Shown: positions 13,512-20,878 of the stretch, piece after piece
How the letters are laid out: each line of letters opens with the position of its first letter
Numbering within the stretch: the first letter of the stretch is position 1
Virus record (IMG/VR): IMGVR_UViG_3300027509_000008
Location: 1-40,284 of that record
Direction: 5' to 3' (one strand)
DNA length: 40,284 bases
From: a virus
Program-made: the position numbers and the translations under genes
Notes under the pieces: model-generated
What the model was told of the DNA's origin: nothing
Database searches by the model: none
The model's input: only the letters and a program-made list of their open reading frames with translations

Positions 13512-15230
13512 ATGGATACTAACAATAATAATAACGAAAGTGAAGTGCTAGCAGAAACAGATTTAACTGAAGAACAAGAAGCACAAGCACAGCTTGATGA
13601 AGCAAAAGCTAAAAAGGCAGAGCTGGAAGCAACAAAAGAGATTGATGAAATAATTGAAGAACTTAATTTCATGGATAAAGACTTTGATGAATTATTATCA
13701 GAGACTGGAAACGCTGTAGCTTTTGTTAAATCGTTTGATGATCAGGTTCGATTTGTCAATGAGTTAAATACTTGGGCTTACTGGGCTAATCAGAAATGGA
13801 ATCTAAATGATGATTCTGAAATTCAACGTAAGTATAAAGTTGTTGTAGATACAGTCAAACAATATCGAGATGATTTAGAAGCTTTGAATCTTTTAATACC
13901 AGCAGTGGATAAAAAAGATGAATCAGCACTGGCAGCAAAACAACGTATTGGAAAGAGTCTAATTCAATCTAATATGAAACGGGTTCGTTCTTGGATTACC
14001 CAAAGCAATCAGAAAACAAGTAAAGATAGAAGTATTTCTATTGCTGCAACTCTTGATGGAATACCAGTGAAATATTCTGAATTCGATAAGAAGGGACAAT
14101 TCTTTGGTGTGGCTAATGGTGTAATTGATTTGAGAGATGGTTCTTTAATTAAAGATAAGCCTGAATACATGCTTTTGAAATCATCTGAAATTGAATATGA
14201 AGAAGAAGCTGATTGCCCAGTTTGGAGAAAGGTTATATTAGAAATCATGGATGGTGATGAATCTAAGGTTGATCTATTGCAACAGATTGCAGGTTCTTGC
14301 ATGGTTGGTAACTCAAAAGAGAAGATGTTTTTCTTTAACGGTGAAGGTTCAAACGGTAAATCAACTTTTGTTCAAACCATTGAAAAGATAGTTGGTGTTG
14401 CTAAGCATGGCGGTTATAAAGCTATGGCTAATCCAGATATGATTACAGGAGCCAGCAATTCAGAAAAATCATATGCACTTGCAGAATTAAAAGGTGTTCG
14501 AATGATCTGTATGAACGAACTAGGTTCTTCTGATAATAATAGAAATGATAATTTACTTGACCATACGATTGTTAAAAGAATGGTTGATTCAGATGAAGGA
14601 TTAAATGCAAGACCAATTCGCGGTATACCGTTTGAATATAGTTGTGTGGCTACCATGATTGTTAATACAAATAACATTCCATCAGTTTCAACAGTTGAAT
14701 GGGCAATCTGGCGTCGATTAATTATGATTCATTTTAATCGTATGTTTAGTGAAGCAGAAAAAGACCGTGATTTGGTTGACGGTAAGCTTCAAGCAGAGCT
14801 ATCAGGTATTCTTAACTGGTGCATAGAAGGAGCTGTGAAGTACTTTGCCAATGGTGAGAAGTTCGATATACCAGAAGTAGTACAGGCTGATACAGATGAT
14901 TGGAGAGCCAGTGAAGATAAGCTTGGTGGATTTCTTGATGCCAATGTTATGGAAGATTCTAAATCAACTATTAAATTAACAGAGTTCTTGGAGATTTATA
15001 CTGATTGGTGTACTCGTAGAGGAATGTATGCTGGTGGTGAGAAGGAATTAAAGAAGCAATTAATTCAAAGAAAGTATGAAGTATCGAATGCTTTTAGTGG
15101 CGGCACAAACAGAGTGGTGGGCTATAAGATTAAAGATATTTCAGATGCCATACTGGATAATGCAAATGATAAACAGATGCTCAGAAAAGATGATTTAGAT
15201 GATTCTGGAGATAATGTTTTGCGATTTTGA
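13512..15230 (+). CDS. P4/D5-family SF3 replicative helicase (primase-associated NTPase)
   Basis: Walker A FFFNGEGSNGKSTF, MICMNELG, and a D5_N-like segment (GNAVAFV...RFVNELNTWAYWANQKW). Confidence 0.8.
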   Translation: MDTNNNNNESEVLAETDLTEEQEAQAQLDEAKAKKAELEATKEIDEIIEELNFMDKDFDELLSETGNAVAFVKSFDDQVRFVNELNTWAYWANQKWNLNDDSEIQRKYKVVVDTVKQYRDDLEALNLLIPAVDKKDESALAAKQRIGKSLIQSNMKRVRSWITQSNQKTSKDRSISIAATLDGIPVKYSEFDKKGQFFGVANGVIDLRDGSLIKDKPEYMLLKSSEIEYEEEADCPVWRKVILEIMDGDESKVDLLQQIAGSCMVGNSKEKMFFFNGEGSNGKSTFVQTIEKIVGVAKHGGYKAMANPDMITGASNSEKSYALAELKGVRMICMNELGSSDNNRNDNLLDHTIVKRMVDSDEGLNARPIRGIPFEYSCVATMIVNTNNIPSVSTVEWAIWRRLIMIHFNRMFSEAEKDRDLVDGKLQAELSGILNWCIEGAVKYFANGEKFDIPEVVQADTDDWRASEDKLGGFLDANVMEDSKSTIKLTEFLEIYTDWCTRRGMYAGGEKELKKQLIQRKYEVSNAFSGGTNRVVGYKIKDISDAILDNANDKQMLRKDDLDDSGDNVLRF

Positions 15231-15262
15231 TTGATTTTATAAATTAATTATTAAGACATACA

Positions 15263-15284
15263 AGCCGCTGAAATGCGGTTTTTG
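15263..15284 (+). terminator. Rho-independent terminator after the helicase gene
   Basis: agccgc-tgaaat-gcggtt hairpin followed by a T-run. Confidence 0.7.
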
Positions 15285-15300
15285 TCTTTATGCTGATGAA

Positions 15301-15592
15301 AAACTTTCTGATTACCCCCATTTACTCTATTGTTGATTTTGTTGAAGGTTTAAGAAATAACTTTCTGAATACCCCCATTTGCTCTATCGTAGTTTTGTTG
15401 AACGAAATTACTTTCTGAACACCCCCATTACATACATTATAAGGATAGACAAAATAGAGAAAATGGGGTTTTTTAGGTTTGATAAGTTCTATTACAAATA
15501 TTGTTTTTATATATATTATATTATATTGTTTTTTTCTATAGGTAAGACTATATAGAAGCGAAAACCCCCATTTTGTACATTATCCCCATTAT
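15301..15592. repeat. Iteron array (CTTTCTGAnnACCCCCATT, three direct copies plus inverted and extra CCCC(C)ATT cores) flanking an AT-rich core; candidate origin of replication
   Basis: Direct copies start at 15304, 15361 and 15411. An inverted core is at 15461-15470 and forward cores are at 15565-15572 and 15584-15591. The stretch 15480-15555 is almost pure A/T. Confidence 0.6.
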
Positions 15593-15682
15593 GATTGATT
15601 AAATGATTAATTTTAGATAATTAATTAATTGTTATTGATTTTCATGCACTAGCACTATTGAAATCCACATGGCGAAAAAATC

Positions 15683-15710
15683 AAACATAAACGGCTATCT
15701 ATCATAAATA
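15683..15710 (+). promoter_or_regulatory. Conserved 28-bp promoter-like element, copy 3 (aaacataaacggctatctATCATAAATA)
   Basis: It matches copy 2 at 24 of 28 positions by eye. No ORF follows it. Confidence 0.45.
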
Positions 15711-15868
15711 CTTTTGAGTTCAGAAATGTATTTTATAGTTTTCCATTTTTGTTATTCATTGATTGATTTTGTTAATAACTTGATTTCATAATTTGCTTTA
15801 TTAATATTATTAATTTGTATTTCATTTTTACCAACCTCCATAGATAGCCCAATTAATTTTGGGCTTTT
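15711..15868 (+). ncRNA. Candidate small non-coding transcript (promoter-like element to terminator, no ORF)
   Basis: Bounded by ATCATAAATA (15701-15710) and the terminator at 15846-15868. The longest ATG ORF in sense is only a few codons. Confidence 0.3.
15846..15868 (+). terminator. Rho-independent terminator (agcccaa-ttaatt-ttgggct + TTTT)
   Basis: Hairpin plus T-run. Its 18-nt core is identical to the terminator after the integrase gene (19961). Confidence 0.65.
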
Positions 15869-15972
15869 CTTATTCCACTTTTAATAAATTAATCATTGAA
15901 CTAATCACAACCATTATGTTCTTACCTTTATTGCAAGAATTCTATTTCCTATTCTTGCATAATTTACTATTG

Positions 15973-16003
15973 GAGCTGGTCAGATTAGTCAGCTCTTTTT
16001 TTT
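15973..16003 (+). terminator. Rho-independent terminator (gagctg...cagctc + T8), preceded by a 9-bp-stem hairpin at 15932-15959
   Basis: Stems and the T8 run were read directly. No ORF of 60 aa or longer lies upstream, so this is a possible second non-coding unit. Confidence 0.6.
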
Positions 16004-16023
16004 GTGTTACGTAAAATACAACA

Positions 16024-16033
16024 ATCATAAATA
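16024..16033 (+). promoter_or_regulatory. ATCATAAATA motif with a CA-containing leader upstream of 16060
   Basis: acaATCATAAATAtcttatacacacttGGAGaagtaacaATG. Confidence 0.4.
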
Positions 16034-16059
16034 TCTTATACACACTTGGAGAAGTAACA

Positions 16060-16404
16060 ATGAATAATAAAGTACAAAAACTATCAGAATCAATAAACAA
16101 CATTGAAGAAGCTGTTAAAACAGTAGCTGAAATTAATTACAAATTTGAATATGACGAATCAAAACGAATAAACCCAGACAGCAATTTTGATATTGAAACA
16201 GTATTAAAACGATCAATAGAATTAACTGAATATCATGAAGATCTATTTAATTCAACAAAAACAGAAACGGTATTAGATTATAAACACGGTGAGATTGTAT
16301 CTCTTTTGAAAAACCTTAAACCAAGAGTAGTGACTCTACTGGAAATATTTGAAACCAAAGTATTAGAAAATCTAAGTACTGAATTAAAACAAGCAAATCA
16401 ATAA
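16060..16404 (+). CDS. Hypothetical protein (stand-alone unit)
   Basis: 114-aa ORF with a good Shine-Dalgarno sequence, its own promoter-like motif and a downstream terminator. Confidence 0.6.
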   Translation: MNNKVQKLSESINNIEEAVKTVAEINYKFEYDESKRINPDSNFDIETVLKRSIELTEYHEDLFNSTKTETVLDYKHGEIVSLLKNLKPRVVTLLEIFETKVLENLSTELKQANQ

Positions 16405-16431
16405 TCAATAATAACTAACCAACACAATTTA

Positions 16432-16457
16432 AGGCTCATTAATAATGGGCCTTTTTT
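16432..16457 (+). terminator. Rho-independent terminator
   Basis: aggctcatt-aat-aatgggcct (9-bp stem with one G-U pair) followed by TTTTT. Confidence 0.65.
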
Positions 16458-16505
16458 GTTTATGGCATATACAAAATTAATAATCGAATTAAATGTAAAT
16501 ACTTA

Positions 16506-16772
16506 ATGAAGAAAAACAAACCAACCAACTTCGATAACCTAGATGAAAAGATAGATCATCTCCAGTATCAACATGACACGCTCTTAGAGTCTTTAGGAAT
16601 AGCTGCATACAATCTAGATAAGTTTCTATTTGACGTGCTGATGCTCCGTATAGAGCGCATTGAGAGGCAATTACTATCTCTCGAACACTTCCGTGAAGAT
16701 ATTAAATTAACTATCACATATGACAACGACCTAGAAGGAATTAGTTTCGACTCATGGCAAAAAATATCATAA
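16506..16772 (+). CDS. Hypothetical protein
   Basis: 88-aa ORF with no obvious Shine-Dalgarno sequence. Confidence 0.5.
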   Translation: MKKNKPTNFDNLDEKIDHLQYQHDTLLESLGIAAYNLDKFLFDVLMLRIERIERQLLSLEHFREDIKLTITYDNDLEGISFDSWQKIS

Positions 16773-16874
16773 GCCGTTTTTCTCTAATATGGTTTTCAGT
16801 TTTTCGTTTTTGCACTTTTTCAATTCCGTTATTAATAAATACTCATATCAACTAATCAACGGACCTAATCACCA

Positions 16875-17327
16875 ATGAATGATCAAGAACTAGAAGAACT
16901 AATGTTTCAAAACCTCTCACAAGATGCCAAACAACAATTCATTAAATTAAATGATACTGGAGCAACGCTAGACAGTCTTGGTGCTGATGCAAACATGAAA
17001 GCTAAAATCACTGATCTTCAAAGTCAAATCATATTAAAAGATCTATTAATGAAAAAAGAAAAAATAGATATGGCAATCCAACACGTTTCTAAACACTTCA
17101 AAACTACTGAAACAAAAATTAAAAATGCTATTAAGAAAAATGAAGAAGCAGAAACAGAACGCAAGATAGCTCTTAGATTAGAACGTGAAGAAAAGGAAAA
17201 GGCAGAAGATGCTGAACGTAGAGAACAATTAGCTAAAGAACAAGATGCTGAAATTGAAGCTAAGGAAAAAGAGAAAACAGAAAACGAGAAATTAGAAAAA
17301 GAAGAATCTGAAACTGAAGAAAAGTAA
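16875..17327 (+). CDS. Hypothetical K/E-rich coiled-coil-like protein
   Basis: 150-aa ORF. The C-terminal half is almost entirely E/K/A (EREEKEKAEDAERREQLAKEQDAEIEAKEKEK). An AATAAATA motif lies at 16834-16841. Confidence 0.55.
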   Translation: MNDQELEELMFQNLSQDAKQQFIKLNDTGATLDSLGADANMKAKITDLQSQIILKDLLMKKEKIDMAIQHVSKHFKTTETKIKNAIKKNEEAETERKIALRLEREEKEKAEDAERREQLAKEQDAEIEAKEKEKTENEKLEKEESETEEK

Positions 17328-17903
17328 TTACTTAATCAGTCTCCAAGTCTCTCTTACCTTATCTAGCTGATCTTCTAAACCCAACTCTATCAAAAGCTTC
17401 TCTGACTCCTTACCATAATTCAAAGAGCGCACATGACAAGACGATGAATACCTTCTGTGCTCAGGCTGTCTAGTATCAGGAGTTAGAGTAGTCTTTAATA
17501 TCCAGCCACGATTATAGAACCTCTGATATATATGAGTGGGAGATAAAGAAACAGCAGTTGCAATTTCTCCAACAGTAAATGTCAATTGTGGTAATGGCGG
17601 TAATCTATTGTCAGTCTCTGACTGTTCCCAAGCAACAACATAAACACAATGTCTATTAACATCTTCAAACCACTTATGATCACTGTTATAAGGTCTAACT
17701 GGTCTAACCTGTAACTCTACAGTCTTAGTAAGATCATCTGTTATAGCTATCAACTCTTTACGATCATCTAGTGCTAGTGTCTTAACCTTCTTCTCAAGCT
17801 CTACTAATAGATTAGAAATATGTTTGATACGAGCAGCAGCACCACTATGTGGTCTATAAGATAGCGCGGAAGCTTTTAGCTTTTCCTTAATCTTTCTTTT
17901 CAT
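17328..17903 (-). CDS. HTH DNA-binding protein (MerR/excisionase-type helix-turn-helix); candidate lysogeny regulator or excisionase
   Basis: FTVGEIATAVSLSPTHIYQRFYNRGWI fits the Xis/AlpA-type HTH pattern. The gene is divergent from the integrase across a long non-coding region. Confidence 0.45.
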   Translation of the reverse strand: MKRKIKEKLKASALSYRPHSGAAARIKHISNLLVELEKKVKTLALDDRKELIAITDDLTKTVELQVRPVRPYNSDHKWFEDVNRHCVYVVAWEQSETDNRLPPLPQLTFTVGEIATAVSLSPTHIYQRFYNRGWILKTTLTPDTRQPEHRRYSSSCHVRSLNYGKESEKLLIELGLEDQLDKVRETWRLIK

Positions 17904-17941
17904 ATTTTTGAATTGTGTGTGTTTGAGATTTGTATATTTAA

Positions 17942-17948
17942 TATTTAT
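17942..17948 (-). promoter_or_regulatory. ATAAATA motif plus an ACACACAC leader upstream of 17903 (minus strand)
   Basis: The reverse complement reads gATAAATAttaaatatacaaatctcaaacacacacaattcaaaaatATG. Confidence 0.35.
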
Positions 17949-18222
17949 CTTTTCATGATTTTAAATTATAAGTTTTATAGATTTTGATATATCCAGTTCT
18001 TGAATTTACATCTCCATTAATCCCAAACAACAACTACAGAATACTGAATAGGTAAACATGCACCTCTTAGATCGTGCGTGTGCTGCTCTGAACCTGAGAA
18101 TTAATTTTATCTATTCCAAAATCAATCAACATCCAAAACAAATCATTAAACAATCACTACTATCTAGCTGTTATCATGGCGTTTCACCCGCTATTAATTA
18201 GTATTATTGTTAGTATGTAAAT

Positions 18223-18234
18223 GTTAGTACTAAC
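18223..18234. promoter_or_regulatory. Perfect 12-bp palindrome GTTAGTACTAAC with an upstream half-site GTTAGTA (18210-18216); operator candidate
   Basis: Read directly. Located in the 0.78-kb non-coding region between the HTH gene and the integrase. Confidence 0.3.
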
Positions 18235-18695
18235 AGGAGAACCAATAACCGTATATAAATCGTATAGTTACGGCAGATAAATTAAATTAATTATTGGTGA
18301 TAGTTATCTTATGTAAATGACTGGCCATGTTTTAGACCATTATTTGTACATTTCTTGAACAATTATTTAATTATTTGATTAATTTTTGAACGATTAAAAA
18401 GCATTTTAATTCTGATTGTTTTCAGTTTAGTTAGTAGTTTTGGGACCAACGATTTCTGATAACCAGTTATATCGTACATCTTAGCTAATGGGTCGAAATT
18501 GAAATGCACTTTTTAATAATTAATTAATTTCTTAAATCAATCATCACCTCCACTAAACGATCTTCATACGGTTTCTCTAAATCATCCTACTAATTATTTT
18601 AATAGTTAATTTGCGGCCAGCTTCATCTAAAAAATGAACGCGTAAGTTTAGGATTACTAAATAAAGATACACATAAAGTTTTGGAGAACTTAAAA

Positions 18696-19928
18696 ATGAA
18701 TAATAAAAAATTAATTAATAAAAATGACGTTATAGATTACCCATCATTAAAACCGTACAAGAAACCTACTTCAAAATACTTCTACGTTAGCTTCCATATT
18801 AATGGCAGGCTCCAGTCTAAGAGTACAAGAGAAGAACATTGCCCTGACCGCGCACACACTAAAGCTCGTGACATTTACAAAGAGGCTTTTGAAGGTAGTA
18901 AGACAGAATTAAAAGGTAAGGTCATATCATTAAAAGATGCTACGGATAATTTTATTCAATGCAGACAGAACCAAAAACGACTTGATAACAATAAGTCTAA
19001 AACGATAGCCAACTACATTAGCCTTGTTCATAGAATGAATGGATATAGGGTAATTAATAATAAAACAATAAAAGTCACTGGTTTGGTTCATCCAGATACA
19101 TTAATTCATGACATTACACAATCTGATGTGGATAAATTCATTTTCTCAATTGAAAACAGTGTTGCACCATCAACTGCGAAAGCCATGTGTCAAAAGCTCC
19201 GTATTATTTTTGATTTTTTCCTATTCGAAGATACAAACATAAGAAAAACGTTATACGCATTTAATAATTTAACGATACCAACTAATAAAGCCAGTCCAGC
19301 CACTGGTAAGAAGAAGTTTAAAGCTCCACCAAAGAAAGAATTAACGGTAACACCAGAACAGAAAGAAGGAATATTGGATTATTTAATTAATTCACCAAAT
19401 CCTGAAAATTATGTAGCAGCTCTTGGATTAATGGTTTTACCCCTGCGGATTGGAGAGTGGTTTTCATGTACTTGGGATTCTATCAACCTAGAAACTAAAA
19501 AGATTCAAACTAATCGAAGTAAGGGGTCTGAGGATGGCACAGTGACGATACCAGAGCGTTTAGTGAAAGCGCTAAAGCAACAGTACAAAAAGACTGGGAA
19601 CACGCCATACGTCTTCTACACGCCCAGATCAGCCACTGGATATAAATCACACTCAAATAATCGTTGGTTTAGAAAAGCAGTTGAAAGCTTACCTGATAAT
19701 CCAAATAATCCAAAGCTGGTGGAAAAGAGAAAAGGCAAACAAAAAGTAACACCACATACACTGAGACATACGCTAGCTACAGAGTTAGCTGAAATATTAA
19801 CTCCTGTTGAATTAACCCTGCATTTTGGCTGGTCCAGTGTCCAAATGGCAGAGCGTTATACACATAATAAGAAAAAGGATGTAACAGCAGATAAGGCTGC
19901 ACAGCATATGGATAATATAATGAAATAA
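18696..19928 (+). CDS. int: Tyrosine recombinase / phage integrase
   Basis: Catalytic signature LPLRIGEW (R), TPHTLRHTLAT (HxxR) and MAERYTH (Y). The ATG at 18696 has a GGAG 9 nt upstream and is preferred over the TTG at 18681 used by the ORF track. Confidence 0.9.
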   Translation: MNNKKLINKNDVIDYPSLKPYKKPTSKYFYVSFHINGRLQSKSTREEHCPDRAHTKARDIYKEAFEGSKTELKGKVISLKDATDNFIQCRQNQKRLDNNKSKTIANYISLVHRMNGYRVINNKTIKVTGLVHPDTLIHDITQSDVDKFIFSIENSVAPSTAKAMCQKLRIIFDFFLFEDTNIRKTLYAFNNLTIPTNKASPATGKKKFKAPPKKELTVTPEQKEGILDYLINSPNPENYVAALGLMVLPLRIGEWFSCTWDSINLETKKIQTNRSKGSEDGTVTIPERLVKALKQQYKKTGNTPYVFYTPRSATGYKSHSNNRWFRKAVESLPDNPNNPKLVEKRKGKQKVTPHTLRHTLATELAEILTPVELTLHFGWSSVQMAERYTHNKKKDVTADKAAQHMDNIMK

Positions 19929-19960
19929 TTAATTAAAAATAAATTCGTAAAAAACAATCA

Positions 19961-19986
19961 AGCCCAATTAATTTTGGGTTTTTTTG
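19961..19986 (+). terminator. Rho-independent terminator after int
   Basis: agcccaa-ttaatt-ttgggt followed by a T-run. It shares an 18-nt core with the 15846 terminator. Confidence 0.7.
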
Positions 19987-20087
19987 TGGGCGATATAAAG
20001 ATATATAATTTAATAAATGCAATTAATTTTTCAACATGATCCAATAAGCATAAATACTGTTATGTAAACGAACGGTAGGAATTAATT

Positions 20088-20255
20088 ATGGAATTAAGCA
20101 AGCAAGACAAAATAAGAAAGCAAGCTAGAGAACGTCAAAGAAAGTTCAGAGAAATTCATAGAGAGCGTTTGAACAAAGAGCAAAGGGAGAAGTACCAAAA
20201 TACTAGAGACAGACTTGCAGAACTTGAAGCAAGATTTAATAGTGAAGGAGAATAA
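20088..20255 (+). CDS. Small highly basic protein (55 aa)
   Basis: AGGA lies 7 nt upstream. Translation is MELSKQDKIRKQARERQRKFREIHRERLNKEQREKYQNTRDRLAELEARFNSEGE. A CATAAATA motif lies at 20049-20056. Confidence 0.5.
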   Translation: MELSKQDKIRKQARERQRKFREIHRERLNKEQREKYQNTRDRLAELEARFNSEGE

Positions 20256-20257
20256 CA

Positions 20258-20875
20258 ATGTATTTTAATGGCGGTTTAACACAGGATAAAAATAGACGTT
20301 TTTGGTATGTTCGATTTTATGAAGGTTTTAAAGTATCAAAACAATATCGGTTTGATAAGTTTCAAATAATCCGCTATCTAGCCGACCCACAGCACTGGGA
20401 AACACAAATTGAAAGTGTATCTGATCACTCAAGGCTTGGACCAGAACATGATGCAAAGGTTTTAGCTGAAGAAGAAGAAAGAGAAAAACGGTTTCATGAT
20501 AATTTTATGTCTGATCATCAAAAAGGATGGTCCGATAAGAAAATAAAGAAGGCTGATAAGAAATATAAAAAGTGGTCAATTAAAAATAGAATTAAAAATG
20601 AAGAACACTATGAAGCCTATAAAGCTACTCCATTTGGCAAGCTAGATATCACCTTGCACGAATGGAACAACACGCTACAAGATAATCACTTGATTTTAGC
20701 CAAGTCATATACAGATGATGAATTTGATGATTTATTGTCTGATAAAAAAATAACATGGCAAGAAGATGTAGCCCGATTCAAAGAAACGGTTTTACCAGCA
20801 TCATCAGAGCGCGGAAGACCGTATGAAACGATTAATGTTGAAGAAGTAGAACGATATAAAAATGAAGGAGAGTAA
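20258..20875 (+). CDS. Hypothetical protein
   Basis: 205-aa ORF. An AAGGAG embedded in the upstream stop region serves as its Shine-Dalgarno sequence. Confidence 0.6.
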   Translation: MYFNGGLTQDKNRRFWYVRFYEGFKVSKQYRFDKFQIIRYLADPQHWETQIESVSDHSRLGPEHDAKVLAEEEEREKRFHDNFMSDHQKGWSDKKIKKADKKYKKWSIKNRIKNEEHYEAYKATPFGKLDITLHEWNNTLQDNHLILAKSYTDDEFDDLLSDKKITWQEDVARFKETVLPASSERGRPYETINVEEVERYKNEGE

Positions 20876-20878
20876 ATT

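Noticed and set aside
13075-14677. Minus-strand ORFs 13075..13278, 13364..13672, 14009..14302 and 14414..14677, plus 11649..11846 and 21752..21973
   Set aside because: They are antisense to the primase, helicase and other supported genes. 13364..13672 is a poly-Ser/Ala/Leu mirror of a K/E-rich region.
15301-15592. Possibility that the repeated CTTTCTGAnnACCCCCATT units form a CRISPR array
   Set aside because: There are only three direct copies. They are imperfect, variably spaced (57 and 50 bp), mixed with inverted copies and an AT-rich core, and no cas genes are present. The architecture fits iterons rather than a CRISPR array.
15784-15837. 17-aa minus-strand peptide ORF (MKYKLIILIKQIMKSSY) behind a GGAGG at about 15835
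   Set aside because: It is too short to support from sequence alone. It is mentioned as an alternative explanation under the sRNA finding.
18058-18201. 47-aa + strand ORF (MHLLDRACAALNLRINF...) in the int-proximal non-coding region
   Set aside because: It has a weak ribosome-binding site and no supporting motif. The GC-rich start of this ORF is more interesting as an attP core candidate.
18363-18479. 38-aa basic minus-strand ORF (MYDITGYQKSLVPKLLTKLKTIRIKMLFNRSKINQIIK) considered as a possible excisionase
   Set aside because: It has no convincing Shine-Dalgarno sequence, is very short, is AT-driven in composition and has no recognisable HTH or winged-helix motif. It is left as non-coding.
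18681-18695. TTG-initiated N-terminal extension of the integrase, and the 9762 start of the X2 protein, as given by the ORF track
   Set aside because: The in-frame ATGs at 18696 and 9774 have properly spaced Shine-Dalgarno-like sequences and avoid overlap with upstream elements. The extensions are probably artefacts of calling the longest ORF.
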